64,000 nt of DNA from Polyangiaceae bacterium (GTDB taxonomy: Bacteria; Myxococcota_A; Polyangia; Polyangiales; Polyangiaceae): NCBI GenBank assembly GCA_033763455.1, contig JANRKO010000019.1:1-64000 (forward strand), written 5' to 3'. A program made the translations under genes and the position numbers. The notes under the pieces are model-generated. The model did not search any database. It was not told the origin of the DNA and saw only the letters and a list, made by a program, of their open reading frames with translations. This document shows, in pieces, positions 49,160-59,356 of the stretch (positions within the stretch are counted from its first letter, which is position 1; each line of letters opens with the position of its first letter).

Positions 49160-50914
49160 ATGGCTGAAACTCAACTGACGACCCCGAAGGGTGACGACCT
49201 CAGTTTTGCCGCTTTGTTCGAGGGCGTCGCAGACGCAACGAGCACCGCTGAGCTCGCTGGCGAAGGGCAAATTGTAAGTGGATACGTTATCCACGTCACT
49301 CGCGACAACGTCATCATCGATATTGGTGGCAAGAGCGAGGGGATGATCAGCCTCAGCGAGTTCGCCGATGCGCAGGGAAATGTCTCCGTCAAAGCGGGTG
49401 ATCGCGTTGACGTGTTCATCGAGAGTCGTGAAAGCGACGAAGGCCTTATCTCTCTGTCCAAGGAGAAGGCCGATAAGATGCGCGTGTGGGACGAGATTTC
49501 GGCGGCTTGCGAGCGCGACGAGATCATCGAAGGCACCATCAGCCAACGTGTTAAGGGCGGCCTCAGCGTAACGATTCGCGGCGGGGTTAAGGCATTTTTA
49601 CCTGGGTCTCAGGTTGATCTTAGGCCGATTAGAAATCTCGAACGCCTCATCGGCCAAACTTACGAATTCAAGGTCATTAAGTTCAACAAGAAGCGCGGCA
49701 ACATCGTGCTTTCACGACGCGTACTCCTTGAGCAGGAGCGCGATGCGATGAAGGCAGATACGCTGAAGACTCTCGAAGAAGGTCAGGTTCTCGACGGAAC
49801 CATCAAAAACCTCACCGAGTATGGTGCGTTCGTGGACCTCGGCGGCATTGATGGCCTCCTTCACATCACGGACATGTCGTGGGGTCGCGTCAATCACCCG
49901 AGCGAAGTCTTCCAGGTGGGCGACAAGGTCACCGTCAAGGTGCTCAAGTACAACCCGGAGACAGAGCGCGTCAGCCTCGGCATGAAGCAGACGCAGGAAG
50001 ATCCGTGGAACCACGCACAAGAAGCTTATCCTCTTGGCAAGCGCGTGCACGGCAAGGTGATGAGCCTCACCGATTACGGCGCTTTCGTAGAGTTGGAGCC
50101 GGGCGTCGAAGGCCTGATCCACGTCTCGGAGATGAGCTGGACCAAGAAGGTCAAGCACCCCTCCAAGATGCTCGAAATCGGCCAAGAAGTGGAATGCCAG
50201 GTTCTCGAAGTCGATTCGAGCGCCAAGCGCATCAGCTTGGGTCTCAAGCAGTTGGAAGCCGATCCGTGGACGCTCTTCACGGACAAGTACAAGCCTGGCG
50301 ACAAGGTCACTGGCAAAGTGCGCTCCCTTACCGATTACGGCGTGTTCGTCGGCATCGAAGAAGGCGTGGACGGCATGGTGCACAAGACCGATCTTTCCTG
50401 GACCATCAAGGTCAATAACCCGGCAGATCTTTACGCCAAGGGTGACGACGTTGAAGCCATCATTCTCTCAATCAACCACGACGAAAAGAAAGTCAGCCTC
50501 GGCGTCAAGCAATTGTTCGACGATCCGTGGGATGACATTCTGGCCAACTACAAGCCAGGCACGGTTGTGGATGACGTTCGCGTCCTGCGCGTACCTGAAT
50601 ACGGCGCCTTCGTCATGATCAAGGCAGGTATGGAAGCCCTCATCCCGTCGAATGAAATGCCGGGGAACCTGGTGCTGGAGCCTGGGCAGTTGATCAAGGC
50701 TGAAGTTGCCAACCTCGACACCATCGATCGCCGAGTGGTGCTCACGATGCGGCAGCCGGGTGAAAGCCCAGCGGCCGAGCAGCTGAGCGTCATGCGTCGC
50801 GAGCAGGTCGGTCAGGGTGCAACCTTGGGTGATGTGTTGGCCGCCAAGCTCAAGGGCCTCAGCGTTTCGCCATCCCAACCGCCCCCGGCAGTAGACGATG
50901 AGGATTCGGAGTAA
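49160..50914 (+). CDS. rpsA: 30S ribosomal protein S1
   Basis: Repeated S1 domains (YGAFVDLGGIDGLLHITDMSW etc.). Confidence 0.98.
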   Translation: MAETQLTTPKGDDLSFAALFEGVADATSTAELAGEGQIVSGYVIHVTRDNVIIDIGGKSEGMISLSEFADAQGNVSVKAGDRVDVFIESRESDEGLISLSKEKADKMRVWDEISAACERDEIIEGTISQRVKGGLSVTIRGGVKAFLPGSQVDLRPIRNLERLIGQTYEFKVIKFNKKRGNIVLSRRVLLEQERDAMKADTLKTLEEGQVLDGTIKNLTEYGAFVDLGGIDGLLHITDMSWGRVNHPSEVFQVGDKVTVKVLKYNPETERVSLGMKQTQEDPWNHAQEAYPLGKRVHGKVMSLTDYGAFVELEPGVEGLIHVSEMSWTKKVKHPSKMLEIGQEVECQVLEVDSSAKRISLGLKQLEADPWTLFTDKYKPGDKVTGKVRSLTDYGVFVGIEEGVDGMVHKTDLSWTIKVNNPADLYAKGDDVEAIILSINHDEKKVSLGVKQLFDDPWDDILANYKPGTVVDDVRVLRVPEYGAFVMIKAGMEALIPSNEMPGNLVLEPGQLIKAEVANLDTIDRRVVLTMRQPGESPAAEQLSVMRREQVGQGATLGDVLAAKLKGLSVSPSQPPPAVDDEDSE

Positions 50915-50946
50915 TCCGGCTCTCATCTGGAGTGAGTTAGATCAGC

Positions 50947-52218
50947 ATGTCAGCTCCGGAGCTTGATTTCTCCGGGTGGACAGGGCGCCGCTTCCTCTTT
51001 CTTGGGGTAAGCGGCGTCTTGTTGTTGGCCCTCTTGATTTGGGCCAGCCCAGTTCTGTTGCCATTCATCATGGCAATGATCGTGGCGTTTGTTCTCACAC
51101 CGTTAGTGAGCATCGGGGAACGAGCTCGCCTGCCGAGGCCAGCATCGATCATCTTAGTGTATTTGGTGGTCTTCGGCTCACTCTACGCAAGTGTGGCCGC
51201 CCTGGCGCCGCGGATGTACGCGGAGGCTGATCGCTTCACTCGTGACGCACCTGTGCTCCTCACGGAGGCGACAAGAACGTGGGGGCCACAGGCAGAAGCG
51301 TGGGTCGAGGAACATGCCAAGGCGCCTCCAGGAAGTGCCAATTCATCGGCTATCGAGCTTGTCCCGCGCAAGGATGGCGGGTACCGGTTGGAGCTTGGTT
51401 CTGGCATAGAAATTGTCCAAGAGACCGAGAGGCAATGGCGCGTGGTCGCCGTGGACGACTCACAGCGCACCAGCTTTAGTTTCGAAAAACTGATGCGCGA
51501 TGGGCTGGAGGTGGTTCTACGTTTCGCGCGCAACAATGTGGTTGAACTGATCCGGCTTGGTCAGTCCGTTGTTAGCTCGGTTTCCCGCGGGATCTTTCTG
51601 CTTTTTATGACCCTTATGGTTGCGGGCTACATCATGCAGACCCGCGAGGCCATTTTCGGCTTTCTTGCCTCACTCTTGCCATTCCACGCGAGATCGAGCT
51701 TCGACCGTTTGCTGCTGCGAATGGAGCGCGGGCTCTCTGGGGTGGTCCGCGGCCAGCTTCTGATCTGCCTGGTAAACGGCGTGTTAAGTGCCATCGGCTT
51801 TTGGATGTTTGGGCTGAAATATTGGCCCATCCTGTCAATCGTCGCAGGGGTCATGAGTATTGTACCCATCTTCGGGTCCATTCTGAGCACCGTGCCCGCA
51901 GTGCTCGTCGGGCTCACGCAGAGCCCGTGGATAGCCCTTTGGGTCTTGGTATGGGTCCTCGGGATCCACCAAGTGGAAGCGAATTTTCTAAATCCCAAAA
52001 TCATTGGCGTAGCTGCCAAGATCCATCCGGTGTTGGTGGTGTTTTCTCTCGTGGTTGGTGAGCACTTCTTCGGCCTTTGGGGGGCGCTCCTGGCCGTACC
52101 GGCGTTGTCGGTGGTGCAGAGCCTGTTCAACCATTTCCGCTTTGAGGCACTGCCCGATGCTCCGCGCGATAGCATCGCAGCGCCCCCGCTCGTGCCTGAG
52201 AGCGAAGCGGATCGATAG
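50947..52218 (+). CDS. AI-2E family transporter
   Basis: VRGQL, IVPIFGSI, QVEANFLNPKIIG, GALLAVP. Confidence 0.92.
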   Translation: MSAPELDFSGWTGRRFLFLGVSGVLLLALLIWASPVLLPFIMAMIVAFVLTPLVSIGERARLPRPASIILVYLVVFGSLYASVAALAPRMYAEADRFTRDAPVLLTEATRTWGPQAEAWVEEHAKAPPGSANSSAIELVPRKDGGYRLELGSGIEIVQETERQWRVVAVDDSQRTSFSFEKLMRDGLEVVLRFARNNVVELIRLGQSVVSSVSRGIFLLFMTLMVAGYIMQTREAIFGFLASLLPFHARSSFDRLLLRMERGLSGVVRGQLLICLVNGVLSAIGFWMFGLKYWPILSIVAGVMSIVPIFGSILSTVPAVLVGLTQSPWIALWVLVWVLGIHQVEANFLNPKIIGVAAKIHPVLVVFSLVVGEHFFGLWGALLAVPALSVVQSLFNHFRFEALPDAPRDSIAAPPLVPESEADR

Positions 52219-52275
52219 TCGGATCCCTCGCTCGCCTTGCGCCCCTATAGGGCCGGGAGCTATAGCGAACGCCCC

Positions 52276-53229
52276 GTGGGCAACGAAGGTAGAAAATTCA
52301 GGCGCGGTCAGGCCCGCCAAGAGGAAGCTGGCAGCCAAAAAAATCCAAGCATCGCGGACTCGCTTCCGCCTGATGTGGGGGCAGGCGGTCCTGCGGGGGT
52401 AGACCTAAAGGGTCTTGTGACGCGCCTTGGGCTGCCCCTCATTGCGTTATGGGTCGTGTTTGGGATGGTGGCGGCCTACGTCGATAGTACCACCTGGCGT
52501 ACGGTCCTGATCGCCGTCCCGGCTATCGCCACAGGCCTTGCGATTGGTGTTTTGGTCTGGGCTCGGCGTCAGTCCCAAAAGGCTCAGGGGGTGGCGAGCA
52601 TTCTCAGGGAGATGCAAGCCACCGGCGATCGCGGAGCCGCACTTGAGAAGTTGGATTCCTCCTTCAAGAAAACAGATCCAGCGGCGATCTTTGCCAAAGC
52701 TCAGCTAGAGCTGCAGGAAGACCCTAGAAAAGCGCTGGCAACCCTGGAGCTCATCAACCTTAACAAGGTGTTGGGTCCCATAGCCGATGAAGCTCGCTCG
52801 CAGCGCGCGATGATCCACCTGATGCTCGGGGAGGTGGGGCCCGCTCGTCAGCTCGTGGATAATATCGATATCAAGAGGCATCAAGATCCCAAAAGCCGCG
52901 CCATGATCGCATCGGTCATGAGTGAAGCTTGGGCTCGCAGTGGCAACGCGAAAAAAGCCTCTGAAACGCTAGATCTCTTCGATCCGGACGACGACCTTTA
53001 CGCCCAAATCCGACCCCAGCTCTGGCGTGCTCGGGCTTACTGTGGAGCGTATCAAAATGATCTTAAAGGCATGCGCCGAGCGCTCAAGAAGCTTCTCGAA
53101 CAAGACGTGCGTTTGCTCGGCGGCTTCATGATCAAAAAGACGCATCCGCTCCTACAAAAAGAAGCCAAAAAGATGCTGGAGCAAAGCGGTCAAGTGCCGC
53201 GCAAGATGATGGTGCAGCGGCGCCAATAA
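52276..53229 (+). CDS. Hypothetical membrane protein with TPR-like helical C-terminus
   Basis: Two TMs then helical repeats; start uncertain. Confidence 0.7.
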   Translation: MGNEGRKFRRGQARQEEAGSQKNPSIADSLPPDVGAGGPAGVDLKGLVTRLGLPLIALWVVFGMVAAYVDSTTWRTVLIAVPAIATGLAIGVLVWARRQSQKAQGVASILREMQATGDRGAALEKLDSSFKKTDPAAIFAKAQLELQEDPRKALATLELINLNKVLGPIADEARSQRAMIHLMLGEVGPARQLVDNIDIKRHQDPKSRAMIASVMSEAWARSGNAKKASETLDLFDPDDDLYAQIRPQLWRARAYCGAYQNDLKGMRRALKKLLEQDVRLLGGFMIKKTHPLLQKEAKKMLEQSGQVPRKMMVQRRQ

Positions 53230-53280
53230 CTCCCTCGGATCACGGCGGCGCCACCCCAGCTGCTCAGCCAATTCTCCCGT

Positions 53281-55254
53281 CTACGCGCCGCGCAGCGTCA
53301 CCGTGCTGAGCGGGTCAATGCCCAAATCTTCCGAAAGATCGTTGAAGCACACCACGTGGTAATCGGGGTGCTCGGTGGCTAGCAGCTTTCTTACGAAGCG
53401 GCGGATGCTTGGTTGAGTGAAGATGACAGTGGGGCGGCCCTCTGCTGGCGGTGAGGTTTGAATGGTCTTAGCGACGGCCCGCACGATGTCCCTGCCGGTT
53501 GCTGGGGAGAGTGCCAGGAACTGCCCTGCGTTGGTTTTTACAAGAGCATCTTTGATAGCCTGTTCGATGGTGGCATCGAGCAAGTAAACGCCGAGGCGCT
53601 TATGTTCTCCGCTTAGGCGATGCGTGGTGCTGCGTTTTAGGGCACTGCGAGCGAGCTCGGCGAGCTCTGCCGGTGGGCGCTCGTTGCCGGGGGCTTGAGT
53701 GAGGGCGTCTAGAATGGTGCGAAGATCCCGAATGCTCACCTTTTCTTGAACGAGTGAGCGAAGAACCTCAGCCAACACGGGAACATCTGCCGGTTTGGGT
53801 AGCTGACGAGCTCCCGCGGTGCTCACACTCTGAAGTGCGTCCAAAAGCGATTGGGTCTCCGTGATGTTGATGAAATCCCCGGCGCGCTGCTTGAAAATCT
53901 CGACCAACTCCGCCGTTAGCCAGGACGCTAACGTGTCCAGATCTCTAATCTCAGTCGGCAAAGTAGCGCGCTTTAACGGCACTTCGTGGACGGAGAACAG
54001 AACTTCGTCCGGGCCGAGCTCGGGGGCAACCTGCAGCGTGCCGGTCGGGATGGCGACTCCGAGCTCGGAAAATATGAGGGCTCGGGCGGAAGCAACTGCA
54101 CGAGTCAACTCGGAGTTGTTGCTCTCGGTGGGGCGTACTCCGCCGCCAAGATGCAAAATCGGGTCCCGCCCGAAACTCACAGACCATGGCACCACCACCG
54201 GCAAGAACCGCGGCTCGCCGTTTACCCAGTCCACGGGCGCGGTCACCTTCGCACTTGGAGTGCGCAAAAGGGTGCGGCTCCGTGCGCGGGAAGCTGCCAA
54301 AAGTAGCACTCCGATAACCAGGAAAGGCAAAGCCGGAAGCCCTGGAATTGCCGCCAAAAGCAGGATGAGCGCGCCGGCGGCGGCTAGAGCTTTCGGTTGC
54401 CCCAGCAATTGTCCCGCCAGATCGGTCCCGAGCGATGTTTCTCCCTCTTCGCTGGCAACACGCGTCACCAAGATGCCGGCTGCTGTCGTAATAACCAACG
54501 CGGGGATCTGCGCGACCAAGCCATCCCCGATGGTCAGCAACCCGTAGCGCTTCAGGGCCACGAGCGGGTCCAGGTGCTGCTGCCCCACGCCAATGGCAAG
54601 GCCTGCCCCAATGTTCACGAGAGTGATCACGAGCGCCGCGATGGTATCCCCCTTCACGAACTTCATCGCTCCGTCCATCGCTCCGTAAAATTGGCTCTCC
54701 CGTTCGAGTCGCTGGCGGCGGCGCTTCGCTTCCGCGTTATCGATCGCTCCCGAGCGGAGATCGGCATCGATGGCCATTTGTTTTCCCGGCATCGCATCGA
54801 GCGTGAAGCGGGCACCCACTTCAGCGACCCGTTCGCTCCCCTTGGCGATCACCACAAACTGAATGATCGTCAAGATCAGGAAAATTACGGCTCCCACGAC
54901 GTAGTTGCCCCGCACCACAAAGCTGCCAAACGCATGGATCACCTCGCCGGCGTCAGCCTGCAGCAGGATCAGCCGGGTGGAGGAAACGTTGAGGGCCAAG
55001 CGGATCAGCGTGGTAATCAGCAAAACGCTAGGAAAAGCCGCAATCTTGAGTGCGTTGGCGACGTACAAAGATACTAAAAGAATGGCGACGGAAATGCCCA
55101 GGTTGGCCGTGAGCAACAAATCCAAGAGCCACGTGGGCAGCGGCACAATCATGAGCCCCACCACGCTGAGCACCACTGCGCCCAGCACCAGATCTGGAAG
55201 ATGGAGCTTCTTTTGGGGCAGCGGCGGCGAGAGCTTGGCGAGGGAAGGGAGCAT
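53281..55254 (-). CDS. FlhA/SctV-family type III export gate protein
   Basis: RLALNVSSTRLIL, ERVAEVGARFTLDAMPGKQMAIDADL, FYGAMDGAMKFVKGD, IGDGLVAQIP, VSIRDL. Confidence 0.95.
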   Translation of the reverse strand: MLPSLAKLSPPLPQKKLHLPDLVLGAVVLSVVGLMIVPLPTWLLDLLLTANLGISVAILLVSLYVANALKIAAFPSVLLITTLIRLALNVSSTRLILLQADAGEVIHAFGSFVVRGNYVVGAVIFLILTIIQFVVIAKGSERVAEVGARFTLDAMPGKQMAIDADLRSGAIDNAEAKRRRQRLERESQFYGAMDGAMKFVKGDTIAALVITLVNIGAGLAIGVGQQHLDPLVALKRYGLLTIGDGLVAQIPALVITTAAGILVTRVASEEGETSLGTDLAGQLLGQPKALAAAGALILLLAAIPGLPALPFLVIGVLLLAASRARSRTLLRTPSAKVTAPVDWVNGEPRFLPVVVPWSVSFGRDPILHLGGGVRPTESNNSELTRAVASARALIFSELGVAIPTGTLQVAPELGPDEVLFSVHEVPLKRATLPTEIRDLDTLASWLTAELVEIFKQRAGDFINITETQSLLDALQSVSTAGARQLPKPADVPVLAEVLRSLVQEKVSIRDLRTILDALTQAPGNERPPAELAELARSALKRSTTHRLSGEHKRLGVYLLDATIEQAIKDALVKTNAGQFLALSPATGRDIVRAVAKTIQTSPPAEGRPTVIFTQPSIRRFVRKLLATEHPDYHVVCFNDLSEDLGIDPLSTVTLRGA

Positions 55255-55272
55255 GTGGGTGGGTTTTTAGAG

Positions 55273-56448
55273 TTAGCTTGGATTTGTGAACACGGTAAGG
55301 ATGCCGGTGTACATATGGAGCGCCGTTTCGCTCCGATACGGGCCGATCTCGAAAGGGCTGAGCATTCCTAGGAGAGGCAAGGGGCCGAGCTTGTTCTTCA
55401 AGATCCGCGTATCCACGTCTTCGGCGGAATAGAGCGCACGGCCACGCCCAGCGCAGTTGAAGTAAAGGCCGAAGCGCGGTGCCGCCCCGGCAGTGCTTCG
55501 GACGAGCTCCAACGTTTTCTGCTCTAAATCCACGCGAGCGGCATCGGCATCGCGCACCGCAAATGCCATGAACAGATCGGGCCGCACATCGGGGGACACC
55601 AGAACACCACCACGCACCGGGTCGATGCCCTGAATGCCGCGGATCAATAGCTCGCTCGGCCCATCCTCAGCACCTGGGCCCTCCGGAGCCAGAGCGGTGA
55701 GAATGAGCGGCTGCCCCTTGAGCTCTTTCCCTAGGCGATTCAAGAGTTCAAGCGCGCTTTCGTCTTCGATCTCAAGCACCAGTGGGCCGCGCGTCTCGGT
55801 GATCCTCCCGAGAGGCATCAACAGTCGGCATGCAGGGGAAACCAACACTTTGGGCGGCGTGAGCCCACCCAACACGAATAGGCCCGCTGCCCCCGGCATC
55901 ACGTTGCCCGCTTCATCTACGCACACCGTGGCGGGCGCGCGGACGGCGCCCGCACCGAAGAGCCGCGGGGGAACACGCTCTTGGTTGAGGAGCTCCAATA
56001 CGTCGGGATCAAAGCGCTGAGAATCTGCGAAGAAGAGTCCGGTGTCCGAATAGCGCCGCTCCTTGGGCAAGGCGGCGAGCACTGACCTTGCCATCTGAGC
56101 CGCGGAGCCCCCGGCAATGCTGTAAACCGAAGCGCGGGGGCCGCTCCACACCAGGCCCGCAACGGCTGCCTGGCCTTCGACTTCTCCCGCTTCGGTAAGC
56201 ACGCCTTGGGCACCCACTAAGAGGGCGGGGATGGAAGGCGCGCGTGTAGGGAGGCCAGCACCAACCAGCTGCATGAGGCCCGGGGCAGTGGCGCCAAAGA
56301 ACAGGAGGATGCCCGCTGGCGACCCGACTTCTCGGCACGCAATTTCTAGCGCCCGAAAGACTTTCTCCTCGGATGGATCAACGACCGAAAAGCTCTTTGC
56401 GAGGGCACCCATGCGCGCTTTCGAAGGTATTGGGGCGGGGCCACCCAC
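55273..56448 (-). CDS. FIST-domain protein
   Basis: VSPACR, FAVRD, YFNCAGRG, FEIGP, MYTG; start may be 56412. Confidence 0.88.
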   Translation of the reverse strand: MGGPAPIPSKARMGALAKSFSVVDPSEEKVFRALEIACREVGSPAGILLFFGATAPGLMQLVGAGLPTRAPSIPALLVGAQGVLTEAGEVEGQAAVAGLVWSGPRASVYSIAGGSAAQMARSVLAALPKERRYSDTGLFFADSQRFDPDVLELLNQERVPPRLFGAGAVRAPATVCVDEAGNVMPGAAGLFVLGGLTPPKVLVSPACRLLMPLGRITETRGPLVLEIEDESALELLNRLGKELKGQPLILTALAPEGPGAEDGPSELLIRGIQGIDPVRGGVLVSPDVRPDLFMAFAVRDADAARVDLEQKTLELVRSTAGAAPRFGLYFNCAGRGRALYSAEDVDTRILKNKLGPLPLLGMLSPFEIGPYRSETALHMYTGILTVFTNPS

Positions 56449-56573
56449 GCAAGAGCGGGGAAGCCGCGAGCCGGTGGGTCGGTGTGGGGGAACTTCGTTT
56501 TGGGGCCTGACGCCGCGTGGAGACTCCTCTACTCTCTGGGATCGTGTCTGACCTCGGCGAAGCTGACTTGGAA

Positions 56574-57317
56574 ATGCGCTCGTACGGGGCCACCCACGTC
56601 GGGATGCGCCGCCAAATGAACGAGGACGCGTTCCTGCGCGACGACGACCTGGGGCTCTGGGTTGTGGCCGACGGCATGGGCGGGCACGCTGCGGGTGAAG
56701 TTGCGAGCCAGGAGGCCATCGATGCGATTTACGCGATGGTGAAACACGGAAAAGGGTCGTTGCACCTGAATGCGCTCAGCCCTGGCGATCTACTCCGTTC
56801 TGCCTCGCGGCTGCTCGAAGGTGCTGTCCAATCGGCGACCTACATGGTGTTTGGGTTAGCGCAGATGGATGTGGGGCGTGTCGGTATGGGCACCACCATC
56901 AGCTCGATGTTTCGGTGTGGTCGCAGCATGATTGTTGGTCAGGTGGGTGATAGCCGCATCTATCGCGTACGAGGCCAAGAAGTACTCCAACTTACTGAAG
57001 ATCACACTTTGGTAGCGTGGCAGCTCAAGCGTGGCTTGATCACCGAAGAGGAAGCGAAGGTGAGCCGGCAGCGAAATGTGATCACGCGGGCTGTCGGCAA
57101 TCGGGATTACGTGCAGGTGGATATCGTCGTCACCGAAGCCGAATTGGGCGACCAATACCTACTTTGCAGCGACGGCTTGCACGGTTACCTCAACGTTTCC
57201 GAGATCGCCGAGATTGCCAGCATGGGCGGTCAGAACGCGGTGGAGCGGTTTATTGAGCTGGCCAACGCTCGCGGCGGAAAAGACAATATTACCGCGATCT
57301 TAATCGAGACAAGCTAA
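56574..57317 (+). CDS. PP2C-family Ser/Thr phosphatase
   Basis: NEDA, VADGMGGHAAGEVAS, GDSR, LCSDGL, DNIT. Confidence 0.95.
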   Translation: MRSYGATHVGMRRQMNEDAFLRDDDLGLWVVADGMGGHAAGEVASQEAIDAIYAMVKHGKGSLHLNALSPGDLLRSASRLLEGAVQSATYMVFGLAQMDVGRVGMGTTISSMFRCGRSMIVGQVGDSRIYRVRGQEVLQLTEDHTLVAWQLKRGLITEEEAKVSRQRNVITRAVGNRDYVQVDIVVTEAELGDQYLLCSDGLHGYLNVSEIAEIASMGGQNAVERFIELANARGGKDNITAILIETS

Positions 57318-57463
57318 GGCGCCTTCTAGCCTCGGGTTTAGCGGTTTTCTTGGCCGTGCACCGAGGCTTCCGGTAGCGATTCAGGGCACACACGGATGTT
57401 CAAAGCGCTTTGCCGCGTTCCTTGAACATCGAACGTGCCCCACCGCACTCGAAGGAGCAACCA

Positions 57464-58531
57464 GTGAAGAAACAGAAGCGCATCGCCGTCCTCATGGGTG
57501 GCACGTCAGCTGAACGTGAAGTCTCCCTCAAGTCAGGGCAGGCGATTGCGGCGGCCTTAGAGGCCTCTGGCCACGCCGTGGTGCGCGTAGATCTTGGCTC
57601 CGGCAAAGATGTGCTTTCTGCGCTCAGCAAAGTGGAGATGGATGTAGCCGTGCTGGCGTTGCATGGCCGCCTCGGAGAAGATGGCTGCGTGCAGGGTCTC
57701 TTGGAAGTGCTGGGGGTGCCTTACACGGGCTCCAGCGTGCTTTCCAGCGCATTGGCGATGGATAAGGTGAAGGCCAAGGAGCTCTTTCGCCTCCACAATA
57801 TCCCCACGCCGCCCTACTACGTGGTCACCGATCCTCTCGGTGTGCGCGAGTTGCACGGTTCTTTCGGCTTCCCGGTGATTGTAAAGCCTCGGCGTGAAGG
57901 CTCCAGTGTTGGTCTCGCCAAGGCCAATAGCCTCGAAGAACTGGAGGCAGCTGTGAAGGTGGCCTTCGAGCACGATAGCTCGGTGTTGGTTGAGCGCTTT
58001 GTGCAAGCCAGCGAAGTGGCCGTTGGCCTTTTGAACGGCAAGGTGCTGGGCGCCATCGAGATCGCCCCGAAGAAGGGCATTTACGACTACGAAGCCAAAT
58101 ACACACCGGGCATGACCGAATATTTCCTGCCGGCACGCCTATCCAACGCACGCCTACGGGGTATTACTCACTTAGCAGAGCGCGCGGTGCAGGCCTTGGA
58201 AGCCACGGGCGCCGTACGTGTCGATCTTCTCGTCACCGAAGGTCAGAACGAATACGTGCTCGAGGTGAATACGCTCCCAGGCATGACCGAAACGAGTCTG
58301 CTCCCCAAGATTGCAGGATGGGCAGGGCTTGGCTTCGCAGAGCTTTGCGAGGCTATTGTCGACACTGCTACGCTGCACACGCACGCCCCCGCTGGTCAGC
58401 GCAAAGCACGCGCCACCGAAGTTGATACAGACGGCGAATTCGGTTTGTCTCAAGCGGCTGTGGCTGAGTTCGAACTCGAAGACGATCGTTATGAAGTCAC
58501 CGAACACGACTTCATCGCAGCCGTAGGTTGA
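57464..58531 (+). CDS. ddl: D-alanine--D-alanine ligase
   Basis: GGTSAEREVSL, LHGRLGEDG, EGSSVG, YDYEAKY, EVNTLPGMT. Confidence 0.96.
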   Translation: MKKQKRIAVLMGGTSAEREVSLKSGQAIAAALEASGHAVVRVDLGSGKDVLSALSKVEMDVAVLALHGRLGEDGCVQGLLEVLGVPYTGSSVLSSALAMDKVKAKELFRLHNIPTPPYYVVTDPLGVRELHGSFGFPVIVKPRREGSSVGLAKANSLEELEAAVKVAFEHDSSVLVERFVQASEVAVGLLNGKVLGAIEIAPKKGIYDYEAKYTPGMTEYFLPARLSNARLRGITHLAERAVQALEATGAVRVDLLVTEGQNEYVLEVNTLPGMTETSLLPKIAGWAGLGFAELCEAIVDTATLHTHAPAGQRKARATEVDTDGEFGLSQAAVAEFELEDDRYEVTEHDFIAAVG

Positions 58532-58703
58532 GTTGCCCCCTCTAGCTCCGCTCAGGCGCGGAGCTCGTCTCCCCCTGGCCAGTCGCTCCGCTCTGGCGGG
58601 GGAAACCCCAGCAAACCGACCAAAAGCGCCCGTGGACGATTTTTACATCTTTGCGTTGTCACTCCGGCACCGAGCGACTATACGGGCAGCCCTCAAGCAA
58701 CAC

Positions 58704-58780
58704 GTCCCCGTCGTCTAGCCGGCCCAGGACACGGCCCTTTCAAGGCTGTAACACGGGTTCAAATCCCGTCGGGGACGCCA
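58704..58780 (+). tRNA. tRNA-Glu(TTC)
   Basis: GTCCCCG acceptor stem, anticodon loop CTTTCAA, GGTTCAAATCC, ends GGGGACGCCA. Confidence 0.95.
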
Positions 58781-58850
58781 GTTTCTTCGAGTCGCAGAAC
58801 CTCTGCACGCTGATTGACCCGGTAATCAGCTTCGTGGATGCTGAAGGGTA

Positions 58851-59342
58851 ATGAGCGACCCCAATCGACGTGCATTTCTGGGCGGCGCGGCCTTATTAGC
58901 CATTCCGGCGCTGGTTGAGAACTGCGGGGAGGGGACGGCTGTTGGCAAGAGCGCGGATGAGCGCGTCGCTGAGCTCATCGCGTTGAGCCGCGACCAGCAC
59001 GGCAAGCCGCACGTGGCGCGGGTGGCATTCCTCACGCCTGAGCGCACCAGCGGGACGCTTCCTGTTTCGGCCGCGGAGGCCGCTGATCTTCGGGCGGTGC
59101 TCGCTTCGGGTGATTTTAAGCTCTTCCAAGAACGGGGCCTACGCTTCGACAACAAGAAGTTCGTGTACATCCGTGAGAGTGAGGAGGGCACCGTGGTGCA
59201 CGCGGTGCGGCGCGGGGAGTTCGTAACGATTCGCAAGGCTCGCAGTGAGCTTGTGGTGGCAACCAGTGTGGACGGGATGGCGCACCCGCGCGCTGTCGAA
59301 GCCGTTTACCAGTACGTGCAACGCTCCGCGGCAATCGCCTGA
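58851..59342 (+). CDS. Profilin-like protein with twin-arginine signal peptide
   Basis: NRRAFLGG plus hydrophobic stretch; EAADL...GLRFDNKKFVYIR...VTIRKARSELVVA...GMAHPRAVEAV follows the profilin pattern; GAAGG RBS. Confidence 0.72.
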   Translation: MSDPNRRAFLGGAALLAIPALVENCGEGTAVGKSADERVAELIALSRDQHGKPHVARVAFLTPERTSGTLPVSAAEAADLRAVLASGDFKLFQERGLRFDNKKFVYIRESEEGTVVHAVRRGEFVTIRKARSELVVATSVDGMAHPRAVEAVYQYVQRSAAIA

Positions 59343-59356
59343 AGTTAGGAATAAGA

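Noticed and set aside
58533..58851. Short ORFs 58533..58718 and 58651..58851
   Set aside because: Overlap tRNA-Glu and its upstream region; no coding signature
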